Positions 1-12,900 of a stretch of DNA of 53,548 nt are shown in pieces; positions within the stretch are counted from its first letter, which is position 1, and each line of letters opens with the position of its first letter. Source of the stretch: Macrostomum lignano (taxonomy: Eukaryota). The stretch spans positions 1 through 53,548 of the forward strand of contig NIVC01004241.1 in assembly GCA_002269645.1 (NCBI GenBank), in the 5' to 3' direction. The position numbers were made by a program, and so were the translations under genes. The notes beneath the pieces were generated by a model. The model was given only the letters and a program-made list of their open reading frames with translations. It did not search any database and had not been told where the DNA came from.

Positions 1-1820
1 GCTGCAAACAGCTTCTAGGTTCCAGTGCTTCTCGTCATCAGTTCTGTCACCAGCAGATCGTCGATAAAAGCCGCCGTGTGCGGTCTTCCTTGAAGCAAGC
101 CGTCCATTGTCCTCTGAAACATGCCGACTGCCGGTGAGATGCCGAACGGCAACCTGGTGTACCTGAGCAACCCTTTGGAGGTGTTGATGGTGCACAGACG
201 CTGTGATTCTGAGTCCAGGGGCAGCTGCTGATACGCCTGACTGAGGTCTAGCTTGGTGAATTTCTGGCCTCCCGTTAGCTTTGCGAACAATTCTTCAATT
301 CTGGGCAGCGGGTAGGAGTCCTGCACAACGTCTTGGTTCACCGTGCGCTTGAAATCCGCGCAGATTCTGACGGAACCATCCGCCTTGAGCACCGGCACGA
401 TAGGAGACGCGTACTCGGAGTTAGAGACAGGCTGCAGAACGCCTTGCTCGATCTCCCGGTCAAGCTGCTCCTCCACCTTGGACTTCAAAGCGAACGGCAC
501 CGTCCGAGCTTTGAAAAATTTGGGCTGTGCACCTGGTTTCGTCCGCAATTTCAGTGGTTCGCCTGTGTAGCAACCGAGTCCGTCCGAAAATACTGCGCTG
601 TACTTTTGCACCAGCTGCTCCACCTGCTGATTGCCCTGAGCCGGCAATTCTCGCTCTCGCAGCTCCTTGATGCTTCTCCAGTCCATGGTTATCTCCGACA
701 GCCAGTTCCGCCGATCAAGCTGGAGCCGCTTCCTGAGACCACCACTAGCGGTAGCAGTTTCTGTTTATTTCCTGGAATCTCCACAGTGACGCTCAACTGT
801 CCCAACACGTTGACAGGTTGGCCGCCGTAGTTCCGCAGCCGAATCGTGGTCCCACCGAGCTTAGGGATACCTCCGAGAAGATCCTGGTAGACTTTGGCTG
901 AGATCAGCGACACCGCGGCGCCCGTGTCGATCTCCATCTGGCAGGACACGCCGTTGATCAGTACCGTGGTCAAGTAGGGTGGCACCTTGGCTGCAACGCT
1001 GGGCACGGTGTTAAGGGAGCTGCAGTCCTCGTCTTCTGCTTCTTGCACGGCGCCCACGCGGGGCTGGGAGTCCGCACCCGATACTCCGGCGCCTCTACGG
1101 CAAGCAGCTGCGGTGTGCCCGAGCTTGCCGCACTTGAAGCATGCCTTCTTGATGAACGGGCACTTGTCCGCCAGATGTCGAGTCGACAAGCACCGGAAAC
1201 ACTTCTGTGGAGCTCGACCGAATCCGGTCGCCTTGGCCTGGTCGACTCGATCGACTGAAGCAGCCGCCGCAGGGCCAGCCGCCTCTGTGAGCTCCTGACG
1301 ACCGTGCAGCCTTTAGCCGCCAGCTCCACCGCTTGAGCGATCTTCAGCGCCTTCTCGAGATCCAGCTCCGGCTCCGACAGCAGTCTGCGCTGGATCCGAT
1401 CGTCCTGGATGCCGAGCACCAGCCGATCCCGGAGCATCGACTCCAAGCTGTTTCCGAACTTGCAATCCACGGCCAGACGCCGCAAACTGGCCAGGAAATC
1501 CGCCACTGACTCGGTGCTGGCCCGCACGCGCTGATAGAAATGAAAACGCTGCACAATTTCAGAAGGCTCCGGCTTCCAGTGCTCCTTTAGTTTTTGGCAA
1601 ATGTCTGCGTAGCTAGTCTCCGATGGCTTCCTCGGGCCAGCAGGCTGCAAATCAGCTTGAATGTCTCCTTGCCACAGACACTGAGGAAGACAGCTCGCTT
1701 TTTGTCTTCGGACTCTATGTCGCTTGCAATGAAAACTTGCTCCACTCTTTCCTTGTACTGCAGCCAGTCCTCATTTTCAGGCTCAAATGGACCGATGCTA
1801 CACAGTAGGCCCGTGGCCAT
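1..1820 (-). mobile_element. Ty3/gypsy (Mag/K02A2.6-like) LTR retrotransposon gag-pro-RT, frameshifted, runs off window start
   Basis: Gag N-terminus from ATG 1820 (MATGLLCSIGPFEPENEDW) continues as SEIVQRFHFYQRVR...LRDRLVLGI. Two CX2CX4HX4C knuckles (CFRCLSTRHLADKC, CFKCGKLGHTAAAC), aspartic protease EIDTGAAVS, and RT motifs YASPIVPV, RICADF, LDLSQAYQQ, RLPFGI, FIDDLLV. The ORF is split by frameshifts near 1635, 1290, 710 and 43. Confidence 0.95.
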
Positions 1821-1826
1821 TAGTCA

Positions 1827-1837
1827 CCTCGTCGCCA
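1827..1837 (-). promoter_or_regulatory. Primer-binding site TGGCGACGAGG, tRNA-Ser(GCU)-type
   Basis: Lies 1 nt after the LTR end and 6 nt before the gag ATG. It is complementary to the CCTCGTCGCCA 3' end of metazoan tRNA-Ser(GCU). Confidence 0.8.
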
Positions 1838-1838
1838 C

Positions 1839-2079
1839 TGTAACAAAGTCTGTGTGGCTTGCAGAGAGGAATCTTAGAGCCGGCCAAGCCTAGCTCTCTC
1901 AATAAATACCAGTTTATTTTCCAGCCTGACTAGGCTGACCAATCAGCCGCTACCTCTGTCGTGTTCGCGCTCCAGAGTACGCACATGCGCGAGTACAATC
2001 CGAGAGAGAGAGAGAGAGAGACAGCCCCCCATCCCCCACTCTGCACAGAAAGCTAAACGCAGTCACCACAGGTACAACA
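1839..2079 (-). mobile_element. 5' LTR of the gypsy element (about 241 bp)
   Basis: Minus strand reads TGTTGTA...TGTTACA (TG...CA) with AATAAA near 1914 and a (GA)n tract. It abuts the PBS, and AT-rich flank starts after 2079. No second LTR is in the window, so the outer boundary is inferred. Confidence 0.7.
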
Positions 2080-2121
2080 AATATAAATGCATTTAATATG
2101 AGATAGCCAGTAATTTATCTA

Positions 2122-3126
2122 CGAGGGGTGTCCCAAAAGTTCCCGGAATGTCTAATGTAGCTCTTCAACGGAGCCATGAAATTTCACACTCATGGTGTCA
2201 AATGAAAGGGGAAATTTTGTCACAAAGAAAACAAAGTTAAAATCATGTTGATATCTTTTTCTACTCAGGAGCTGCAGCAAGAAACGTGCGCAAAGGTCAG
2301 GGGTAGTGTTACAAAATCTCAAAAATCTATGGCAATGATTTTAAACAAAAAAAACACAGAACAGTTCATACCGTTGATGAATCCTTAGGGCATGCACCAA
2401 TTCAAAATTCAAAGCGAATCGTCAAGCTCAACCTGTGGCTTCTCCACGTAGTCCCCATTCAGCTGGACATACTGCTGCCACCTTGAAAGCATGCCATTGA
2501 TGGCCTGGGCAAAACTGTTTCAATCTGTCTTACCACCCAATGTGCAAGGACAGCCAGAGCGTGGCTGATCATTCATAGCAGACTGGCCATCTCTTTGATC
2601 CATCCATAAATGGCAATTTTTTAAGGTTGTTTTCACCATGGATAGAGAATAAGTGGTCAGGCTCCACTCCATCCTACTGACCAAAGGGCAAAAACTTGAC
2701 TTTGCTGACTTTCAAGGCTCTGAGGAGACCTTATTTTCACAAAGAAATTTCAAGTTGAAAGCAAGCGCTTGCTACAAATTATCTGCACTTGCACATGCAA
2801 AAGCTCAGATTAGCTTTATGAGAATTTCTGCTTTTTTCCATAGACACTACCATGTCTTTCTAACACATTAGTAGCACGAATTCAAAATGAAAATATCCAA
2901 AAATAGAGATAAAAAATTTTTTCATTGATATGTGAGGTTGTGTAATATTACCCCTGACCTTTGCACACTTTCTTGCTGTAGCTCCTGAGTAGAAAAAGAT
3001 ATCAACATGATTTTAAATTTGTTTTTTGTGACAAAATTCCTTTCATTTGAAACCATGGGTGTAAAATTTCATGGCTCTGTTGAAGAGCTACTTTAGACAT
3101 TCCGGGAACTTTTGGGACATCCCTCA
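2122..3126 (-). mobile_element. Internally deleted Tc1/mariner element with about 190-bp TIRs
   Basis: TA flanks both ends. Left end CGAGGGGTGTCCCAAAAGTTCCCGGAATGTC matches the reverse complement of the right end (about 2122-2314 vs 2940-3126). Minus-strand remnant FAQAINGMLSRWQQYVQLNGDYVEK (about 2440-2515) is a mariner transposase C-terminal motif. Confidence 0.88.
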
Positions 3127-6100
3127 TATTTATCTAGCCAAGAATATAAAAATTTAAATAAAAATAACTTTCTTTACAAAAAAAGAGAATTTGTATTTAA
3201 TTTATATTGTTACAGGAAATTACATATGGTGCTCCAAATCTCTGTAATCCATAACCATAGCCGCCAATTGGCAATATCTCCATAGCCACAATCTGTAACC
3301 AAATTTTGTTTAAAAAAGTGTCACCCCGAACTTTCCCATAACTGTAGCCATAATTATGGTAGAATGCTACTTTTTTTCTTTCTTGCCTAGACTATCTTTA
3401 GTGGAAAATTGATGTTACAAGCTATTATACAAAATGCTATGTTGCAAAATAAAATGTTATGAGCTTATAAATTGGAAAGCTTAAAATTTAGGCTTAAAAA
3501 TAAACTTTTTGAAATGATATTTTTCTATTTAATACTAACTCTTCCATATGATTCTATGAAGTACATGCCAGGTGTACACTCATACTATTTTCTTAAGAGT
3601 TCTATATACAAACTGTGCATGCCAACTTTTAGTGTGCAAGACCAATATATGCCTGAATTTTTTATGAATACTTCAATATGTAATCTACTATAATAGACTA
3701 ACTGTGTCACAGTGGCACAATAGAATTAGTTGCAAGTAATTTTGTCTACTGTCAATTTGTTAGCTGGAGGTCTATGCTAGGGTGGACGGTTTGTCTGCTG
3801 TTTTGTCCAATAAAAGCCCTATTAGAATAAATATTAAAAACCTGCAGACATGCACTTTAGAAAAGAGTCAAACTATTTTACCACGCTTTAGGATTATTTG
3901 AGATATTTTAAAAGAGCATTTTCTATTGAAATCAAAATTTGCTAACTTTCCATAATTGAAAAGAAAAAGTAGACATAAAATATAAAAATTTAATATGTAA
4001 AAATTTAAAATGTTAAAGTTAAAAGTTATAGACTGAGACTACAGTTGAAACATTTAGAAATAAATCACAGTTAAAATGTTTAGAAATCACAGTTAAAACA
4101 TTTAGGAAATCATAGTAAGAAATGTAGGCCCTATTTTAAATTAAACTATATAACATATAAACAAACTATAACAAATTGCTTCACTTTGCTTTAAATATTA
4201 GTGACTAAATTATGCATGAATTAATTATCTAATAATGTTTTCAACTACAAAATATGCACCTTATTGCTAAAACAAACAATCAACACTCCTACCTAGTCAT
4301 TTTTTGCCAGTAGACAAATTGACAACAGATGAAATAACTATATCCCCAATAGACAGGGGAGCACTTTACACTTTTTAGCTGTAGTCCTGTTGCCTCCTGC
4401 TACTTCACCACACTGTGCAAGGCTAATCCACGCTAGATGCCTATGCACTGCCATTGGGGCACCAAGTAGGCCTATCTAGGCCTTATACACTAGCCCTAGC
4501 TATCATAAATGTATGCTAGAAATTTCTGGCACAAATCCGAGGTTGCGGATAATATGCATGTACACCAGAAAGTTCCGGCATATAAAACGTCCACCCTAAG
4601 TCTTTGGTATACACATTCGGCATAGCCTACACAACCCCTGGAAAACTTTGTTGGATTCACCATTGGCATACACAAGTAACACAGCCACGCATACTTTTTT
4701 GGCATACAAATTTTGGTGAATAAATTCATGCCATGCTTGAAAATTGTAATCTAAATTAACATTTTTATATAAAATAACAGAAAATTTGTATTGTCAGTGA
4801 TAAAATTTTTGCTTCTTTTGAAATTAACAATGAATAAAATTAGTGTAAATTTTTGCTAAGAGTATCATTTTGCATCATATTTTTGTAGGTATAAATTTAA
4901 GTTTGTTTAAATTTAAAATATTCATAATATTTTAAAAACACTTTTCATACAAAAGCCTTTCTTAGAAAACTTATGAAAATTTTATTACCTTTTTTAGGAG
5001 TTTTTGGTGTACATTTTAGCACAACATTTTGTTTTTGGCGTACATTGGTATACAAAGTTCTTGACGTCCAAATTTGGTCTGGTGTACACAACACATACAT
5101 GATCCATTTCCATATACACTAGCACAAATCCAACAAATGATATGATCCTGAGTATGATTAATATTGAATATTGATGGCACACTCCAACCATACGATCTGC
5201 CTACAATTAAAATGTAACACTTATAATGTAACACAAAAGTTTTAAAACTGCTTAGGCCTAGCATAGCCTAGGCATAGCCAACCCATAGCCTAGGCCTAGC
5301 TATATGATTTGGCATAGGATTTTATATTTGATAACAAATGCTAAGCCTAACCTAGATAAACACCTAAGCAGTAGTTTTAGGACTAGGTAAAATAGAAAAT
5401 AGTTAAGAAAGAAGGTACAAAAACGAAAAATAATAAAAAATAAGTGTTGTAACTCATAACTGTCTGTTATCTGTAGACAGTAGGCCTAGTTTAAATTGAA
5501 TCGATTTGTGTGTTAAATTGAATGAGCATACATGTACTATAGTGTAAACCTAGGTCGCCTAGCCAGGACAGACATAGACTCAGATAACCAAAAACAGCGG
5601 ATCTATAATATCGCTGGACGCTGTCCTAAAATTCCTAAATCAGTCCATTTTTCTAAGTTGTCAGGTGTTTCCAAGAAATGTTTTGGCAAACGGTGCCAAA
5701 CACAAATGTTTTCTGCGATTTGACTATTGATTTACCTGACTGCTTTAGGCATCTTAATTTTAAAAACTAATGCATATTTTTAGCTTTTGCTGCCCAAAGA
5801 ATTCATTTTAGCTTAGATAATCGGTAGCCTAGCTATTTTGTTATTTTTTACAACGGCATTATAGTAAGAGATATTATACTAACTCTAATTTCGTTAAAGA
5901 AATAATTTTATTCTCTAGTTTTTGTGCTCATTTTTATTTCGCTGAATTAATTGGTTCACCTGAAATAGAGATCATAAAATATAAAAATCGTCTGTCCGAT
6001 CGTTATGTGACAGTACATAACACAAGGACACACAGCATATTCTGTAGCTATAAAGGTACATATTTGGTGGAAATTTCTATTCCAATATTGTGATCTACAG

Positions 6101-6920
6101 CTGTATGTACACTTTAAGTAAAGATTCTTAGAAGGATCTTAGTAGGATCTGTTGTTTGCGTCGATGGATAAAGTGTTCAATGATCGGAACTGTTGATTTC
6201 CTCGGTAGATACAACGATGTATTTCGTCGTATAGATTAGTCTGTATTTCATCTTAATCCTGTCTTGACACCATCTGCATATGATTCCATTTGCTTATATA
6301 GGAACTTATGACGACTTAAATCGTCATTGTTGGTTGCAAAAAGACTTACAAAATTATTTCAAAAAATCTGTACCAAGTTACTATTGAAACCCAATGTTAA
6401 GTTAAAAAGTCAAAATTTAAAAACTGCTAAGCAAAATGATTACTATCAATTGGCAAACAAAACAATAATTCTGAAAGCTTTTATTGAAAATAATGACGAT
6501 AATCGAGTTTGATTTTAGATTTCAAATCATTTGCAAGGTGAAACGTTCATTTTTATTAGGGATCAAAATAAAAAAACAAAATAATTTAATCAAATGGTAT
6601 AATGAAGTAGTCAGTTTACAAATCGATTAGAAAATGAATTCTGTTTTTAGCTCACTAAAACCGGGAAGTAAATATTCAAATTAAATTTAAATTTTAACAA
6701 AAGCTGAGTTTTAACAAATTTAATAGTGCCGATTTTTAAGGGAAAATAGTGAATTGCGATCAGAGAATCAACAAGATCAATAAGTAAAGCACAACAAGAT
6801 AAGTCAATCATGCCAATTGATTTATGATTTTAATGACAACGAATTATAAGGATAAATATAGTGCATATGCATAATATATCCAGTAAAAGTCCAGTTCAAT
6901 CTCAGATGCAGCCCAGGACT

Positions 6921-9900
6921 CTAAGGCGCCGGCTTGCCAGCGGAATCAGCCTCCCGGCCGGCCATGAAAGCTTCGATTTCGTCAACGGTTCGAGGCACGT
7001 CGGTCATCAGTTCGGCGCCGTCGGCCGTGACCACAACGTCGTCTTCGATTCGGACGCCGCCGGTGCCGCGGAATTCAGCCAGTCGATCGACATTGAAGAA
7101 TCGAGCCTGCTCGGGATTGGCCAGGGCTCGGTCGAGCAGGGCGTCCTGAGGGTTTAGCGAGGCATGGCGTTGACAATTAATTATAATAAATGTATGTAAA
7201 TAATTAAAAAGGTCAATTGTAAGCTGGATCTAGAATTTCAAGAGCTTTGAACTTTGGCATCACGAATTAAAAAATCTAGGGATTTCTAGAGTAGGGGTCA
7301 CTCCGGCTCACAGGCCGAATGCGGCTTACAAAGCCTTTTTAATTCAGCGCCCGGGTCCTTTAAAACTACACAACATTTTCTGTCTCTTTTCAGCTCTCTC
7401 TCTTCTCTCCCCTCTCCCTCCTTTCCCTCTCTTCTCTCCTCTCCCTCCTTTCCCTCTCTTCTTTCCCTTCTCCCTCCTTTCCCTCTCTTCTCTCCTCTCC
7501 CTCCTTTCCCTCTCTTCTTTCCCTTCTCCCTCCTTTCCCTCTCTTCTCTCCCCTCTCCCTCCTTTCCCTCTCTTCTCTCCCCTCTCCCTCCTTTCCCTCT
7601 CTTCTCTCCCCTCCCTCCTTTCCCTCTCTTCTTTCCCTTCTCCCTCCTTTCCCTCTCTTCTCTCCCCTCTCCCTCCTTTCCCTCTCTTCTCTCCCCTCTC
7701 CCTCCTTTCCCTCTCTTCTCTCCCTTCTCCCTCCTTTTCCTCTCTTCTATCTCCTCTCCCTCCTTTCCCTCTGTTCTCTCCCATCTCCCTCCTTTTTCTC
7801 TCTTTTCTCCTCTCCTCTTCTTTCTCTCCTTTCCTATCCTCTCTCCCCTTCTCTCCTCTCCTCTCTTTTCTCCCCTCTCTCGCCTCTCATCTACTCTCTC
7901 GCTCCCCTCTCTCTTTTCTCGTCTTTCTGCTTTCCTGTCTTCTCTCTCCTCGCCTCTCTCTCCTCCTCTTTCTCGCCACTTCTCTACTCTCTCTACTCTC
8001 TTTTTCTCGTCTCTAGCTCTCCTCTCTTCTCTCTCCTTTCTCTTTTCTCTCTTCTCTTTTTTCTCTTTCTCCTCTCTTTTCTCTCTCGCTCTCCTCTCCT
8101 CTTCCCTCTCCTTTTCCTCCTCTTCCCTCTCCTTTTCCTCCTCTCCTCTCTACTCTATCTCCTCTCTTTCCTTCCCTCTCCACTTTCTCCCCTCTTCTCT
8201 CCTCTTTTCGATATTTTTCTCATCCCATCTCTCGCCTCTCATCACTTCTCTCATAGCTTATCTATTCCATCTATTTTCCAATCTCATTTGGCCCCGCAGC
8301 CATGAGATGGATTTTTTATCTGGTCCTTGATGTAAAGAGTGAGCTTCAACTTAGTACAACTTCCATGAGCTATCTAGATTCAAGGATCAGTGCAGCTTTT
8401 AACTATAGGTATGAAAGTAGGTATGAATGTATGAAAGCTTTACATTTCAAGACTGAGCGCTAATCAGACGTACCTGAAAGTAGAGTCCCGGCTCAATCGT
8501 CAGCACCATTCCGGCCTCTAGGGTGCGTAAAGTTCTCAGCGACCTTAAATTCGGATCCGTCGATCTTGAGCCGCCGTTCGGATAGCCGCCCACATCGTGA
8601 ACATCCAGCCCCATCAGATGGCCGAGCCCGTGCGGCATAAACACGGCGCCCAATTTGACGGCCATCATCTCGTCCAGATCGCCTTTCAAGATGCCCATTT
8701 CAATTAGATGGCGTAGAATGATGCGCAAGGACAACAGATGCAGATCTGGCCAAGAGGCGCCGGGTCGGAAAGCCGCTAAAACGGCTCGATTAGCGTCCAG
8801 CACGGCCTGGGGGTAACGAGAGAAAAATTGAGTTAAAAAATCCTAAGCTCTGCAGTAGCTTCATAAAGTAAAAGAAACAAGTAGATTTATAATTCAGTAT
8901 TTATGCGTATTTTGTACTCAATGTAAGGGTGTTGTAGTTAGATTAGAGCGTCAGGCTGGCGACTGAGAGGTCGGGGGTTCGATTCCCGATTAACGACCAA
9001 TTCGGAATCATTTTTGTCTTTGAGCAGTAAGCAGTTCACCCAGCTGTAAAATGGGTGCCAGCATTAGCTGGGGTAATTGAGGGTGCGTGTGGCGACCTTT
9101 AAGTCCTTGGACTGAACAGCCGTACGCAGCCTTCAGATTCGCTGCGGCTGAGCTGTCGGTTGCACATCTTCTTCCCATTAGGGCTGGTGTAATCAATTAT
9201 TATTATTATAAGGTCTTGCTTCCAAAAATGACCCGATTTTTGCCACACAATTGGACAAACAATAAAAATTCGATATTCATAAATCATGTCCAGAAACTTA
9301 TGCCTTTAAGTTTTCACGACTTCTTTCTAAATATATTTAAACAAATCTTAATTGTTTGACTTCTTTTATCAGCAGTGAGTTGTATTTTAAATATCAATTT
9401 TCAGTATTGAAAATGTTTTAAAGCCGTCTTAGAAAACGCTCTGACACTCGCAGATAAATCGCTTTCTTCTGTTGCAGGCTGTATCGTCAACACCAATATC
9501 TGACGACGAAGACATTTGAACGCAGCCTTTATCCTCAGTAAGGCCTTCTTCTGGCCTGTCTGACTTCCAAACCTCGGATTGAAAGCTCACATTGCAGGCG
9601 CTCCAGATCCACCCATCAGTGACACTGGTGTAGGTAGACAATTGGTAGTCACCGACGTAATAACGATCCGACGAGTGGTTCGCTAAGTTTAGTATCGACC
9701 TTAAGTATTCAGCTTCATCAACATAAAAAATGTCAGCAAATTTAGCCAGTTCGCCATCTTGTTCACAATTCAATTTCGCCTCAGTCCAACTATTCGCTTC
9801 AATCGGTAAAACTTTATAGGCGGTGCCAAATCGAGTGAACTTGTATCCGGGTGGGCACAAGCGACCGAGTGGCATGTTGGGTAGAGACCTCACGTACACA

Positions 9901-12900
9901 GCCACTTGGCGTGAGCAGTTGGTCTCAGACTGCACACGGTGACTGCACCTATCAAACAGGAACAGCTTGCACAGACAGGTGCTACTATCACGATACAGCG
10001 TGAAGGCCTGGCAGTTGTGCAGCTTAGCGCAGTGAAAACTGCAAGCCGCCGGATCGCAGGAGCCCCACACAATCCTTGTGAAGTTAGAATGCACACAATC
10101 TACTCCGATTGTTTCGTGAAATTTCACTTTCAATACGCTGTCACAAGCACTAGCAACAACTATCAATACTGGTGTCAATACGGACACGCAGATGAGGCTG
10201 GTAACTAGTCTGAAAAAAAGCATTCAAAAATTGCCATCTTTGCATGATTGAACATCGTTGCAAGTTTCAAGAAAGACGCATCTGACTGCGCTAACAGAAC
10301 GAAAACTTACAAGCGCATTTCTGGTTAGCCGCAGAGGATCGGACGACAAGGTTTCAATAAATAGGATTTATTCTCAGCTTAGAAGTTTCGATATGGCGTA
10401 GCTTGAAATGCTTAGCTATACGAATAAAGGCTATTATTTTTTCATTTCTAACGTCTCGTTACCGTTGACAATATATGACATCGAACCTGGACCGCCGCAC
10501 CATAGAAACAATAGCGTGCTGACAAAAAGCTTTTGTCTTCCCTCTTTTTTTACGAGAAATTGACAGTTTGCAAAGACGACGCTTTTCTGAAGCGGAGGGG
10601 ATTTCTTTTGCAAAAACATCTGTGAGATTTTGCGCACCTGCTTCTGTATGCTGTAGCTACGATTCTGTCAGCCTCAAGAGAAAAAAACTCGATGAAAGAT
10701 TTTGAATGACGCATTGCCTGTCTCTAGGCCGACTTTTGCAAACTCAAACAAAGGTGACAAGTAACAAATGTAGTCAACCTTTCAAGACTGTCATCAGCAG
10801 GTTAATGAGCAAAATAGCTTTACACAAAAATAGTTCAGGTTGAGCAGCAGGGAAACCGATTACTCCATTCTTCAGTTTTTTCCTATTCCTAATTTTCTCA
10901 CGGCCCTATAGGCAAGATTTACTGCTACCAAACTGTCAGGGAAACACAATGGCGCCACTACACAGCTATGCTTGAATGTTGACAATGCATGTAAGTTAAC
11001 CAAGTTAGCGTTGTGTGAGAACAGTTTTGCTTTTTCTATAGCTCTGAATCTATACATAGTAAAGCAAGGGCGCGCTATGCTATCAGCGGTGCGCATACAT
11101 ACACAAATGATTTTTTATCTTTCAGTTCTGAATCCAAGGCTTGAGTAAGTTAATTTAAATTATCAGTTAAGTTAGTTTACAAAGGGGGGAGCAAAAACGC
11201 AAATTAAGAGGCGACATAGCATAGCAGCTCTGACTGTTGCATCGTTTAGAATCTCGGGGTAAATATTAGGTAATTTAAAGAATATGTTTACTCTTAACTA
11301 TTTTTGTTGATTACATTTATTTAAGCTTACGTAATAAAAAAATAGTTAGATCCTTTTTTAGTTTCTAAAAACAAAGGTTTGCAGAAACTAATGATGGATT
11401 GCAATGACAGACATGTCATGCAAAGCGATGAGCTTACAATCTGGTTTCAATGAAAAAATCTGTAAAATATTCTAAAAAACGATTTTACGCATCTCCTACT
11501 TAGATCGTCCTTGATTGCTGATACGCAAAAATCACTGTGATATTTAGCATCCTAGGTCTAAACTCTTGAAACAAATCTCTACCCTATCCTTTACATTATT
11601 AAGCCTTTCTTACTCACAGATGTTGAAGAAATATGCAGACCACATATTTACATTCTACAGACAATTCATATAGTAGTATTAATAGTAATAATAATAATAA
11701 TTGATTAAACCTCCCACATTGTGCCAGATGTGCAACCGACAGCTCAGCCGCAGCTATTGCGCGGCGCGCCTGAAGGCTGCGTACGGCTGTTCAGTCCAAG
11801 GACTGGGGGGTCGCCACACACCCTCAATTACCCCAGCTAATGCTGGCACCCATTTTACAGCTGGGTGAACTGAAGCAATGCAGAGTGAAGTGTCTTGCTG
11901 AACTCTTGTAAAACCCGTTCTTACCTCGTATACCAGCCGTTGATTAGGCGTGAACTTGCCATTCACCGGGAAGCTACAGGTGATATCGCTGGCATAGCCA
12001 TAGTACTCGCCGCCCATATCAAACAGGCACATATCGCCATTGTTAATAAGCCGTTCATTTGGCGCTCCAGCGTGGCCATAGTGCAGCACGGCGCAGTTGC
12101 AGCCGGAAGCGCCAATGCAGGTGTAAGCCACGTGCCTCATGCCGCCAGTGTGATAGCAGTAGTGTTGAAATGTCGACTCGGCCTGGTACTCCCGCCAGCC
12201 GGGTCGAACCGCTCGCATTACGCGACGATGAGCTTCGCTACTGACCCGATTCGAATAGCGCAGCACCTCCAATTCTAAGTCAGTTTTAATCACTCTACAC
12301 TCGCAGATGGCTTCGTAGAGGCGTTCCCGATCGACTGGGAATTCGCCAATACCATCGAACGCGGCCTCGCGAGTTCGCAGGCGACTGTCCGAGTTCACGC
12401 CGGATAGGGTTAGCAGAGTTGGAGGCGCGGAGGCCTGGCCTAGGCTGGCCAGCACTTTGGGTATCTCGTCTACGTAGTGCACCTGAGTAACAGTAATAAT
12501 AAATGCTTGTGACATTTTCTAATAATTGTAATAGAGTAGATATGCTTTTAACCTACTAATAGTAGTTCAGGCTTAGGAAATGTTAGCGATGGGGATAGAC
12601 AGGGAGCTTGGGAGTTTCTCTACTAGTAGAGAGAAGCTGGGCTTCCGTTAGAATAATTTTAGTTTTTAGGGTGGATTTAGGTATCGTAGTTTGTTAAAAT
12701 AGTCAGACTACGAAAACTTAAAGTAATAATGGGATTAAGGAAACGTAATACTGTTAACAGTGGTCATGCCTAATTAAATACTTTTGCACGTTTAATAAGT
12801 GTCTAATACTTAGAAACCTATTAAAACCTATTGCATGCTTGTATTGTTTTCTGTTTGTTCTAAATCTTTCGAAAGAATAAATCTCTTTGGATTGCTGTCT

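Noticed and set aside
333-1893. Plus-strand ORFs over the retroelement
   Set aside because: Antisense shadows of GC-rich gag-pol sequence.
4490-5250. GTACAC/GCATAC-rich patches suggesting a transposon
   Set aside because: No termini or TSD could be defined by eye.
8927-8990. Possible tRNA gene
   Set aside because: A and B boxes are present, but there is no complete cloverleaf and it runs into CORE and an (ATT)n tail, so it is a SINE head.
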